From: Phallusia mammillata
Lineage: Eukaryota
NCBI GenBank assembly: GCA_965637545.1
Contig: OZ281496.1
Coordinates: forward strand, 2,480,001-2,544,000
Reading direction: 5' to 3'
Length of the DNA stretch: 64,000 nucleotides
Part shown: positions 1 through 11,145 of the stretch, in pieces
Numbering within the stretch: the stretch's first letter is position 1
Layout: every line of letters begins with the position of its first letter
The notes under the pieces: model-generated
Told to the model about the DNA's origin: nothing
The model's database searches: none
Seen by the model: the letters and a program-made list of their open reading frames with translations, nothing else
Program-made: the position numbers and the translations under genes

Positions 1-6
1 CTAACT

Positions 7-38
7 AACCGTGACGACAACTACGCACTGTCGTCACT
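7..38. promoter_or_regulatory. Conserved dyad motif AACC-GTGACGAC-N11-GTCGTCAC-T upstream of the zinc-finger gene
   Basis: Perfect 8-bp inverted repeat (11-18 / 30-37) with 11-nt spacer. Near-identical copies at 36409-36440 and 36531-36562; partial copies at 766-779 and 37435-37452. Confidence 0.45.
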
Positions 39-910
39 TTACCAATAGTCAACTTACAGGCATCAGTGCAATCAGTCTGGGCCGAAGCCATTTAAAGCTT
101 TGTGCTAGAAACGTATTGACTTAGGTTTAGGCGAGATACAAAGTTTTATCTGCGCAGTACAGTATTTGATGATATTTTTAACAACGACAAACAGGATATT
201 GCGATTTAAGCAGAAACACCATGCTGCATTTAATGTGTTTTTATTTTGAAAGAGTCTTATCAAAACACACAAAATTTAATTTAGGCTAATAATTTTGTCT
301 AAAATATATCATATAAGCGTAACCACTGTTCATGGTAGTGTAGTTGATGGATTTTTAGTAGCGCAGTAAAGTTGGTAAGTTATTGATTTCGTTTTAACTG
401 CACCAAGATAAATGACGCTTGTTGTGCAGCAGACTGCCACATTGCGAAGCCAGTTGAGGTAAGTTGGCTTATAAATTAAGTCCAGAATTTGGCTTTTCAG
501 ATATTATGAAACGCATGAAATAATTGGTTTCGCTGCTTACAGCATCTTGTGCAAGTTTTAATAACCGCTATACTTTGCGAAGAAATGTGGTTATCTCTGT
601 AAATCTATCTGTTTAGATAAATTCAGATTTAAATATGGATGTGTGTTATATGACCTACGCGATCCTGGCAACCAGCAAAAAAAGGCGCCAGCAACCACGC
701 AAAGGGTGCACTTTCGACCCCTATATGCTTGAACAGCCAGTCAGCGCTGTATTGACAAAAACAATGCACTGTCGTCACTTCACCAATGGTCAAGTTACAC
801 GCAGCAGTGCACTCAGTTGTAACGAATGCACCTTGTTTGGAGAGCAATGCAGGCTGAACATTAAATCAATACACTATAGTATTCTTCTTTGCAGAACATA
901 GGATGGTAAC

Positions 911-1618
911 ATGTTGACTGAAATTAACGAGAAACCTCATCGATGTGATGTTTGCAAAAAAATATTTGCTCAAAAGGGAAATTTGAAAAGACACATGTTG
1001 ATACACACCAATGAGAAACCTCATCGATGTGATGTTTGCGAAAAAAGTTTTGCTCAAAAGGGAGATTTAAAAAAACACAAGTTGATTCATACCAATGAGA
1101 AACCTCATCAATGTGTTGTTTGTGAAAAAAGATTTCGCCTAAGTAGAGGTTTAATAACACACATGTTGATACACAGTAAGGAGAAACCCCTTCAATGTGG
1201 TGTTTGTGAAAAACGTTTTGCCCAAGGTGGAGATTTAAAAAAACACATGTTGATTCACACAAATGAGAAACCCCATCAATGTGTTGTTTGTGAGAAACGG
1301 TTTCGCCGACATGGACATTTAAAATGCCACATGTTGACACACACCAAGGAGAAACCTCATCAATGTAATGTTTGTGAAAAAAGTTTTGCCGAGAGTGGAA
1401 ATTTGAAAAGACACATGTTGACACACACAAAAGAAAAACCCTATCGATGTGATGTTTGTGAAAAAAGTTTTACCGGAAGTGGAGATTTGAAAAGGCACTT
1501 GTTAATACACACCAACGAAAAACCTTACCAATGTGATGTTTGTGAGAAAAGGTTTAGACGGGCTGGACACTTAAAAATCCACGTGTTGACACACCAATGT
1601 CAAACCTTATCGATGTGA
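911..1618 (+). CDS. Tandem C2H2 zinc-finger protein, 8 intact fingers
   Basis: Eight CxxC-x12-HxxxH units with T(N/K)EKP(H/Y) linkers at 84-bp period. Polypyrimidine/AG acceptor at 881-894 precedes the ATG. Confidence 0.9.
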   Translation: MLTEINEKPHRCDVCKKIFAQKGNLKRHMLIHTNEKPHRCDVCEKSFAQKGDLKKHKLIHTNEKPHQCVVCEKRFRLSRGLITHMLIHSKEKPLQCGVCEKRFAQGGDLKKHMLIHTNEKPHQCVVCEKRFRRHGHLKCHMLTHTKEKPHQCNVCEKSFAESGNLKRHMLTHTKEKPYRCDVCEKSFTGSGDLKRHLLIHTNEKPYQCDVCEKRFRRAGHLKIHVLTHQCQTLSM

Positions 1619-2335
1619 TGTTTGCGAAAACAGTTTTGCCCGAAGTGGAGATTTAAAAAAGCACTTGATGATTTACACAAAAGAAAAACCTCATCGATGT
1701 AATGTTTGTGAAAAAAGATTTAACCAAGTTGGTGGTTTAAAAACACACATGTTGACTCACAGTAAAGAAAAACCTCATCAATGTGATGTTTGTGAAAAAA
1801 GATTTAGCTTAGGTGGCAATTTAAAACAACACAACTTGACACACACAAATGAAAAAAACCATCGATGTAATATTTGTGAAAAAGTTTTGCCTCGGGCGGA
1901 GCAATAAAATCACACATGTTGACTCACCCCAGAGAAAAAACTCAATGTGATGTTTGTGAAAACAGATTTCGCACAAGTGGACATTTGCGAAGACATATGC
2001 TCATTCACACAAAAGAAAAATCCTATCGATGTGATGTTTGTGAAAAAAAAATTGCCCAAAGTGGAGATTTGAAAAGGCATATGCTGATTCACACAAACGA
2101 AAACCCCCACCAATGTGATGTTTGTGAGAAAAGATTTCGCATAGTTGGAACTTTGAATAGACACAAGTTGACACACACTTAGAGAAACCCCTTCTATGTT
2201 TGAAGATATAGCTGACAAGATTGTTTAGAAAAAAAACATGTTGATTCAACCAATAAAAAACCTTGATGTAATGTTTGTAAAAAGATTTTGTTTTGTGCAA
2301 GTTTGAAAAACACAAGTTGACTCAGACTAAAGTTA
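1590..2335 (+). pseudogene. Frameshifted 3' continuation of the zinc-finger array (fingers 9-15 plus decayed remnants)
   Basis: 2-nt loss in an (AC)n run near 1590 and 1-nt loss in an A run near 1880. Fingers continue in ORFs 1665-1907 and 1916-2182, then TAG and degenerate finger-like sequence. Confidence 0.8.
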
Positions 2336-2625
2336 AATTTAGTTGAAAAGAAATTGTAATTTGATTCAACACATGCCTAATGTCTTGAACTTAAATCTCA
2401 TTTACATTTAAGTCTAAAACTGCAGGAGTGAAACAGATGTCCAAATCCATATGTTGGAAAGTGACACATGTGTAAGATGTATGAAAATCTGTTTGCTTTA
2501 GTAAACTTTTGCATGTTTTGAAAAAAGTGATTTGCAAATTTGAAACCACAGTGTAAAGCATTCAGGGAAGGGCTGTATTTGACCGTTGCTTTCACAAACG
2601 GATATGTAAAGCAGTCACTAATAGA

Positions 2626-3987
2626 CAAGGATGGCAGTACGGTACGGTACGTATTGCGTTGACCGTACCACGTACCTCGTTACGTAGAGCGTACCGTACC
2701 AAATGTCAAAAATCAAAGCGTACCGTACCACCGTACCGTACTCAAGGTACGGTACGAAAATTCGCGTACCGTACCTTCAAATAAACCAATCGGGATTAAG
2801 TTGGATACATTTTATGACAATATGACATGCACTTAAAGGAGAGTTGTCTAAACTCTAAACAAGCTGTCCCATTACAACCAGCTTATTCGAAATGAAAGGT
2901 TGATCCGTTTTCTACGATGGGCTCGTGCAGTGACAGTGTGTAATTTTCAACAGCATGTTTCTTAAAATCATTGGTGCGGAAGAGAATACAACACTAGCTA
3001 GCTTTTTCAACTAACTGAAGAATCAATTACAAATGCCGAGCTGATCTCTGTTCTTTGTGTGCGCGTTTTAATAATACGTCTACGGTACGTGTAACCACAG
3101 GCGCCGAGTTTTATAAAAATGCAAGGTGGCGGACGTAAATTATGACGTCGCTTTTTGTCACGTCACTAATGCGTACAACCACACGAACCCACTTTAAAGC
3201 CCAAGAAACTTTCAATAGAATGTAACATTCGTTAAATTCTTTAAAAAAAACATTTCTTAAAAAAATATTCAGTTGAAACAATTTGCTATAACGTTTTATT
3301 CGTTTAGCAACGTTTAGAAAATGTTTCATCAAATTGTTGCTCCTGTATCGCTTTAAGTATAAACTAACCATTCATTACAGTGCAATCGCATTGTACATAA
3401 TAGTGGCCATACATTCACTGTCAACAATTTGTTTAACGTCATAAACAAAGCTCTAACCAAAACACGTTGTAGTTTCCACCCGTTTTGTTGCTTTTTTGTC
3501 AGCATGCTCGTATAGTTTCCAAATTTCTTCAGATTTTACGATGTTTCGTACTATACCGCTACAAACAAATCAAAATTTCCACAGTGGCCGCCACTGTACT
3601 TCACAAACTCACCCCACCACCGCCCACTCGGCAGTCGGCGTCTATGCGTGTAACCCTCCTTCTGCATAGTAAGCACACATTATTAAGCAGTGACGTCATA
3701 AACTTTTTTGAGTCCTATTTTGATACAGGGCACTGTGATGAAATCATGTTTCAAACAACTTAAATTCAAGTGTCAGACAATTTTGATATTATCTGCAAAT
3801 GGTAACGATTCAAAAATGATCGTTTAATCAACGTTTAATATGCAGTACGGTGGTACGGTACGCTTTTAGTACGGTGGTACGCTCTAGTGATCGACCGTAC
3901 CACGTACCGTACCCGTACCTCAGCTTTCTTTGCGTACCGTACTTTTTGATGAAATTTGCTGCGTACCGTACCGTACTGCCATCCTTG
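2626..3987. mobile_element. Non-autonomous hAT-type MITE with GTACG/CGTAC subterminal repeats
   Basis: 26-bp perfect TIR CAAGGATGGCAGTACGGTACGGTACG; 8-bp TSD CTAATAGA / CTAATAGG. Confidence 0.9.
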
Positions 3988-4359
3988 CTAATAGGACAAC
4001 AACGGGTTACTAGAATCCAGCAACCATGTCACTTATTTTGCAACAGCTTTTTTGTTCCTTTGTTTGTTTTTTGAATATTGTCAGTTTTTTTTTGAAACCT
4101 GTTAGTAATGAGTTTTACTATTTTATGCTGATTTTTGGATTTTAAAATGTTTGGTTAAAAAGTTGGACAGTAATTATGCTGGACGCCTAACTGAAAATAG
4201 CTTCTTAATACGTTACTGCCCTATCATTAAATGTCTGCAAACAGATATTCGAAATAATTGACATTATGTTTGGATCTATATATATACGTATTAAGATAGG
4301 TCGAGTATCCATTCGATTATTCTGCGTTCCATGTTCTGTTTGACATATTTGTTGTACTG

Positions 4360-5077
4360 TGTGGCGCCCAATCTATAACGGTTGGGTAAAGCCCTCGAAC
4401 ACTGCACTAACGGCTAGTCACGATAAACCCTAGTTTAGACGCATTCGAGCACTGCTGTCTTTATTTAAAAACACTAAATGAAACTCTACAATATTGGCAA
4501 AGTCACTGCGCTGCACAAACTTCAACACAACTGAATAGTACGACAGCCGGGGAAGAACTCCCGCAACAACCCGTGGCCGGCAAAAGGACTGGAAAATACA
4601 CGAAAAAGGGATCGCGGCGAAACTGGTAAAAGAAACAAGAAAAATAACACGTCACATGGTCCAAATCCACTTGATAATAGTCATAGCCCTAGCGGCTTAC
4701 TTTAGCAGGTTACACCTGGGATTTTAGCCGGAATGCTACGAAAGGCAACCACAGGGGAGGAGTTAAAACAGGTGCAGTGAACACAAAGTGTGCGGTGGGT
4801 TAAATTCCCGTATAACCAAAAACAATGCACTGAAAACCAATCGAACAGTTAAAAGGTAACCGTAAACGTAACAAAAAGATGTGGAGCGGAGTTAAGTGAA
4901 AAACATGAAAAACACATCGTGAAATTAAGGTAACTAACTTCCGTTTTAGGAAAATAAGCACACATACACAGAAAACAACTCTTGACAAACAAACTTAATA
5001 AACTAAAGTCAATACAATACACAGGTGACTAACGTGAAACAAAGTGATAACATAACAACGCAAAAATTACGGTAACA
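4360..5077 (-). repeat. 3' LTR of Gypsy element 1 (~720 bp)
   Basis: Starts TGTTAC right after the PPT, contains AATAAA on the minus strand, ends GCGCCACA. The exact left boundary could be 4358 or 4360. Confidence 0.65.
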
Positions 5078-5516
5078 CACCCCCCCACCTTCATGTCGTG
5101 GCTGCTGCTGTAATGTTGGGGTATCACCTTGAGTCGCAATATTCATATATCGGGGACACCGTGTACTGTCAGCCACCGACAGAGGTAAAGGTCCCAGGAT
5201 ATCTATTTCCATCGGCTTTAGTTCGCCTGAAGGCCCCCTGGACCGAGCATTAAACTTCTTACTTCTTTCACATTTTGTACAGCTCCGAACGTAGGCTTCA
5301 ACTTCCACACGCCACCCTGGCCAAAAGTGCCGATCGCAAACTTTGGAACACGTTTTGGCCACTGCAAGGTGTCTGCCGCCGTGAGAGGGGTCGTGTATCA
5401 CATCAGGTCGCATCTTTTGTGGGGTAATGAGTCGGTCTACTACACGAACGCCCGGTTAGTGTAGAGAGTCTCCTGTTTGGTAAAGAACATTATTTACAAG
5501 TCGTAAACTACTAAAC

Positions 5517-6174
5517 CAGTGGTTCCCAACCTTTTTTGTTACATTCCTCCCTTTGCCAATTTTCGAACTATTCATTCCTCCCCATAAGATGAAAAACAAA
5601 TATAAAATACACAATTTTAGCAATTTAAAATATCAATTTATTTCAGATTACTACTCAATGCGAAATTTGCTCTCGTTTGCGCTCTGAAAGTAGTTGTATT
5701 GGCGGCACAGTTCTTTTGATACTACTCGTCTCTTTTAAATACTGGTAGTTGACTAAAACTTCGGCTACAACTAAAATCTACACAAACAATGATATGCAAC
5801 TAAGAATCTAGTTTCATTACACATACTGTTTACTAACTGTCGACTGTTCAGTTTTTAAACAACTTAGCAAGGCAACAGCCATAGTGCCAAAAACAAAAAT
5901 GTTAAAACAATAGACTTTGTTATGACAATAATCGATTAATTTAAGCACCTGAAACGTAGCATGCGGCCCTATATACAAGAAGACTTTATAATTAGATGTC
6001 TATTTCAGAACCCTTTACAACCAACCGGTTTCAAATGTGAACCGGATCCAAATTATAATGCATATCCCTAATGTATATGCAAAAATATTCTGTTACATTT
6101 TCAACAGAATTTTTTATACAGTTTTTGTTAAATTCCTCCGTGGGGAGGAATTCCTCCCCGGTTGGGAACCACTG
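5517..6174. mobile_element. hAT (Buster-type) MITE nested in Gypsy 1
   Basis: TIR CAGTGGTTCCCAACC; exact TSD TACTAAAC (5509-5516 / 6175-6182). Removing it restores the Gypsy frame HLWGQFSSLRLVNNVLY. Confidence 0.95.
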
Positions 6175-8810
6175 TACTAAACTGTCCCCATAAATGCTTT
6201 GTCATCGTAGACGCGGATTTGATCGTTCGGTACCGTGGTCTACGTTGCAATTCAATCCACCTGAAAGCGGGTGAGATTTCTGGGTCATCTCGTTGTGCTT
6301 CACTTATTGTGTCGACGGACCACCCTATTGCATTTCTAAAGTCTAGCGGTAATACTGCGCATCGGTTGGCGTGTTTCGGATCTGTCGAGTAGCTAACGTT
6401 TACCGAATACGGCATAGGATCGTCGTTTGTTTCGAAAACACGGCTAAGGGCAGCAGCATTGCCGTGTTTTGAACGTTCCTCACCACTCTGCTTAACGTTT
6501 GTAACCACTCTGGTTCTACTGACATCTTGTGGTGGGTCCCTGGAATGTATAGACCGCTGCTTCCTACGTGAATTCGCCTTGCAATTTCTCGCCAAATGTC
6601 CTTCGGCGTTACACATAAAACATTTCCGTACTGACTTACTTGCTGGACGAAAGGCCGGACGGTGCCTGTCGTATGCCGTCAGACGACGATCTTGATAGCT
6701 TATCCTTGCAACTTCTGTCCGTATCTCGTCGAGTTCACGTTGAAGCATACAAACGGACTGGTGTAGGTGTTCGTCCATCTTGGACAACATCTCTTTTAGT
6801 TCTTGACTTTCCGTTGGGTCTTGAAGCATCGTCACTGGAAGAATATGAGGTTGGGCGTCAATTTCGGCAACTCTGCTGGCTGCGGTGCAAAAGTTGCGTT
6901 GAACAATTTCACGCCGTAAAGAGACCGCAAGCTGGCGGTCGCGGAGGCCGCGCAATAAAGCCAAAAACAAGACTTCATTTTTAACCGCAGCTTTCCCCTC
7001 GGCAGGATACGCGCGCTCACCAAGTGATTGCAGGTCATAAACAAACGCACGTCCTCCTTCCTGAGGTCCTTGTGCACGATTTATGAGTTCATTACGTAAT
7101 GTTGTAAAATTCGCGTGACTGTTTCCCCGGGCTTTTGTCTTTGTCACAAGTTCTTCACAAGATAATTGGTACACGTCGCCTGTTTCTTTGCTAAGGTCCC
7201 ACAAACAGACATTGGGCCATTCGTATTCGAATGCATTCGAATACAGGTTTTGGCACCTTCGTGCTGTATTCGAATGATTTTGGCTTTCGTTCGATAGTCC
7301 ATGAATACAATTCGAATAGTTGAAGTTAACTTTTGAACCAACAATTTATGAATACAAAAACTTGAGTAAATTTATTCGAATACAATTCGAATTGTTGTAG
7401 GTTTTTGCCAACCTAAGAATTTGCAAATTCGAATACACGATATTTTTTACGAATACAATTCGAATTGTTGTCGGCCTTCGGCAAGGTAACAATTCGTAAA
7501 ATCGAATACATGACTACATTTTTACGAATACAATTCGAATTGTTGTCAGCCTTTGGCAACGTAAGATACGTAAAATCGAATATATGACTACATCTTTATG
7601 AATACAATTCGAATTGTCGATTACCTCCAGACTAAAAGTAGTCGAGAATATTTTGCTATATTTTTGCCAAATAGATTCGAATACAATTCAAATTGGCAGT
7701 GAATGTGACCTGATTTGACAAGGTTTTGTTTATGTTACGAAACAATGACATATAGAAGTTAATTGTGACGTTACATCAATGGAATTGTGTTACAAAGCTT
7801 GCAACATTGGGTTGTTCTCAGCACATGACAGGTGTATCGTGTTCATGAAGCAAACATTTCATGTAAATTTGGTGAAATTTTTATAACGGAGACTTAAATC
7901 AGTCAAGCTAATGTGGCAACAAAGCTCGTTGGTTTACATTTTCACCAATAAAACTGCAATTCATAAACCCATGTTACTTTTTGATCGAATACCTTTTAAG
8001 TTTCGGGGCATTTTATTTCTTTTATTTTCTGTAACTTATTTCTTTTATTTTCCGCAACAAATTGAATGTTATTCGATTTGTTTGCTTCTTACAACAACTG
8101 AACAATTCGTGAATACAAATAACTAGAACTATTAATTCGAATTTCTACGTCTCAAAAAATAAGAAGTATTCATGAATACGAATACACGCTTGGGGTTTAT
8201 TCGAATAGTATTCGAATTACACGTTGTTGTTTTTTGGTCAACTATTCATGAATACAAATACTTGATTCGTTTTATTCGAATACCATTCAAATTGCTGTCA
8301 CTCAAAAATTGCCAAAAGTATTGCTGCCACCTTAAGATTACGAAACAATTCGTGAAAGGAATACCTGATTCGCATTATTCGAATGCAATTCGAATTGCCG
8401 AACTTTAAAAAGTGCTTAGAATTCATGAATACGAATACATGCCTTGGTTTATTCGAATAGTATTCGAATTACTTGTCGTTGTAGTTTGGTCAACATTTCA
8501 TGAATACAAATACTTGATTCGTTTTATTCAAATACGATTCGAATTGCTGTCACTCAAAAATTGCGAAAAGTATTCATGAATTCGAATACAGTCATGCAGG
8601 TATTCGTAAAGTATTCGAATACAGGACGCGTGTATTCGACCCCATGTCTGCCCACAAATAGTCTTTATCGACGTGGGTTAAAAACAGATGGCGTTTGACG
8701 TCGTCTGTAGCCTTGACACTTGCACAATATGAGTTAAAAAGCATAAGAAAAGTAATAAAATTGTCACCGCATTTAAAATACGGAGGCGACATACTTAAAT
8801 TAAAAGACAT
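6175..8810 (-). pseudogene. gag: Gypsy gag fused in frame to the RNase H tail/integrase linker, split by a MITE
   Basis: ORF 8810-8651 (MSPPYFKCGDNFITFL...) joins ORF 7204-6175 at LW once 7206-8650 is removed; zinc knuckle CFMCNAEGHLARNC. Confidence 0.8.
7206..8650. mobile_element. hAT-type MITE rich in ATTCGAAT palindromes
   Basis: TIR CAGACAT(T)GGG / CCCATGTCTG; exact TSD CCCACAAA (7198-7205 / 8651-8658); many ATTCGAAT/CGAATAC motifs in both halves. Confidence 0.92.
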
Positions 8811-8893
8811 TATAAAATCAACATCAACCAGAGCCCTAACCCTGTGCTATGAACGCGCCTGCGTGACTGCAGTGTTCTGGCGTGCTCGCCAAT

Positions 8894-8956
8894 TTTAGTC
8901 GGCGTGGAAATTTAAAATACCACATGTTGACACACACCCAAGATAAACCTCATCGC
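8894..8956 (+). pseudogene. Isolated C2H2 zinc-finger fragment
   Basis: Translates FSRRGNLKYHMLTHTQDKPHR; closely resembles 1393-1440 at the DNA level. Confidence 0.75.
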
Positions 8957-9697
8957 TTTTTTCATATGTGGTGTGGCAAACTTGGTGAAGCCAAGTGGTC
9001 CGTTGTTACGACGTAGCTTTTGCAGTATATTAACACGTAACGTTCCCGCAAATTTGTTTATACTTGGAGGTGCTATCAACGTACGTCACAAGTCGTCAAG
9101 CTAGTTATGATGTCGCAATATATTTGTGACGTAATGGCTGCAGTTTGTGACGTACACACTGGATATAGGCTAGAAAGGTCTGGTTGTGCTGGGGAGCATT
9201 ACTATCCGTAATGAAGCAGAAATATCAACTAATTTTACATTTTCAATTTTCGAATGAGCGTTGCAGTTTTGATAGGTAATTTACGCGCACGGGTGACCAC
9301 TTTAATTTGATTTCGCCGTTTCTGGCAAAAGGAAATGTATAATAATAAAATTCAAAGTTTTCTGAGAAAACAAGTATCAAGTGATTTTTGTCAGCCTCAA
9401 ACAAAATAATATTTCTTTTGTTACTTGCAACAAACCGTATAAGTGACCAGACATAGACCGGTATAGGCAAAATATTGATATGAAAACAAAATAAAGACAA
9501 ATTTTGCATAATTAGAAAACTGATAAATGTTCTTTTGTTCAAACTGATTTATATTCTATTTTACACTTATTGATATGAATTGATTGATTTTTTTATAAAT
9601 TTTATGTCAAATGTGCAAATGTGATAAGTATAATTGTCCTTATTACAGTATATTATTTTTACTGTTATATTTCAGACAAGTAAGACATCACATAAAT

Positions 9698-10289
9698 CAG
9701 CGGTCTTCAACCTTTTTTACAAGTGACCCCAATTTCAAAGAAATTTAAATCAGCTTTTACATGCGACCCCACTTTTTCCGATAGGGAGAAAAATGTTTGA
9801 AGTAATGCCGAGACTGAAACTATTTTCATGTACATTTGCCCGCTTTATTTTTAAGTAGACTTTAACTATGAGCATTCAGCGTGCATTATTACGATCGAAT
9901 GTTGGAACCCAAAAGTTTTGTTTAATTTGACCAATCTAATTCGCGTTAAAGGTCACGAGTTTGCAGAAAATAATACATTTATGTATTTTCCCCTGTATCC
10001 GCTGTATTATTTTGTACACAACATGTCATTCATGGGGCTCTGTGGCGATCTATGGCGTAACAATGGGTTGGACAACTTGTGTTTTATATAAATTATTGCA
10101 TCACAATGTTTAGATTGTGACACGGGGTACCAAGCTGTATTGCAAAACATGGGCAAAGATTGCAAACTAAAACAAGAACGTATCATTTTTGTAACAAATT
10201 TAAACGCCAATAAATTGAATATATAGCGACCCCAGATGAAGTTTAGGCGACCCCACTTGGGGTCGCGACCCACAGGTTAAAGACCACTG
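9698..10289. mobile_element. hAT MITE (GGGTCGCGACCC family)
   Basis: TIR CAGCGGTCTTCAACC / GGTTAAAGACCACTG; degenerate TSD ACATAAAT / AATTAAAT. Relatives at 44632-45162 and 49892-50206. Confidence 0.8.
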
Positions 10290-11145
10290 AATTAAATCAA
10301 TAGCAATTAACAAAACAAGAAAATTTCATGCAACAAATACCAGGATCACATGGCTAGAAATATCTACGGCACTTTATCTTAATTAAACACAGGTGCATTT
10401 AAAATCGTTTGTGTGTTGTTAAATATACTTTTCCAACAGTAAAATGATTAACGAATTACAATATGAACCTATCCCGCATTGCTCTCACACAAGCAATGTA
10501 AACCATATCCCTATTCATAGCGAGGTTAGTGGTTGAAGTCCTAGGCAACTTCTCAGTGATCAATGTAACAACCATGATTTTTTCCAGAATCTGATTGCAA
10601 CTAGAACCAATGTTGAAGTGACAGTATGTAGCTCTGCTGTCCTTCTATTGCAATTTGGTGATGGTTCAAATGTCGTTATATAGATCTGCTTTGCACATAT
10701 GAGCTCTCGCAAATCACATAAAGCGTTTTTCCATTGTTACTAAACCTGGATATTTGTGCCTGTGCGAATATTGTTGTAAAGCTTATTCTTAATTTCAAAG
10801 TTATTATCTGTGCCACTAAATCCTAAATCATTTTTTCAGCTGTTCTAAATGTAATTATCACTCTTTTCAGATTTTACACTTTTGCTTTATCCCTGAAACA
10901 CATTTCGTTCTATGTTTTCAACTTTTCTTGACAACATATCACTTAGTTTCAATTTAAATCATCTCCTTTATAATTGTTAGAAATCATACCTTACTCAAAA
11001 ATTTTCAACAGTAATGCGTATTTACACAATCATATCTACATAATGAAAATCAAATTAAGTACAACATGATTTGATACTTGGACAACTTCAACGATTATTT
11101 GTGGGATATTAATATTGTTTTAGTTTATTTTTGATTTTTCTTGTT

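Larger units (their letters stand above)
4360..8891 (-). mobile_element. Internally deleted Gypsy LTR retrotransposon lacking its 5' LTR, with two nested hAT MITEs
   Basis: PBS-like TGGCGAGCACGCCAGAA (8891-8875); gag from ATG 8810 with CxxCxxxxHxxxxC knuckle; RNase H tail KHGNAAALSR; integrase zinc-binding remnant (5413-5150); PPT GAAGGTGGGGGGG; LTR TGTTAC...CCACA. Confidence 0.85.

Noticed and set aside
635-901. 88-aa ORF as the N-terminus of the zinc-finger protein
   Set aside because: It ends in TAG in the same frame just before ATG 911, contains the repeated promoter-like motif and has no recognisable domain.
4362-4371. TGGCGCCCAA as a tRNA-Lys primer-binding site of a plus-strand element
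   Set aside because: The match is only 10 nt; AATAAA, the PPT and the coding remnants show this is the end of a minus-strand 3' LTR.
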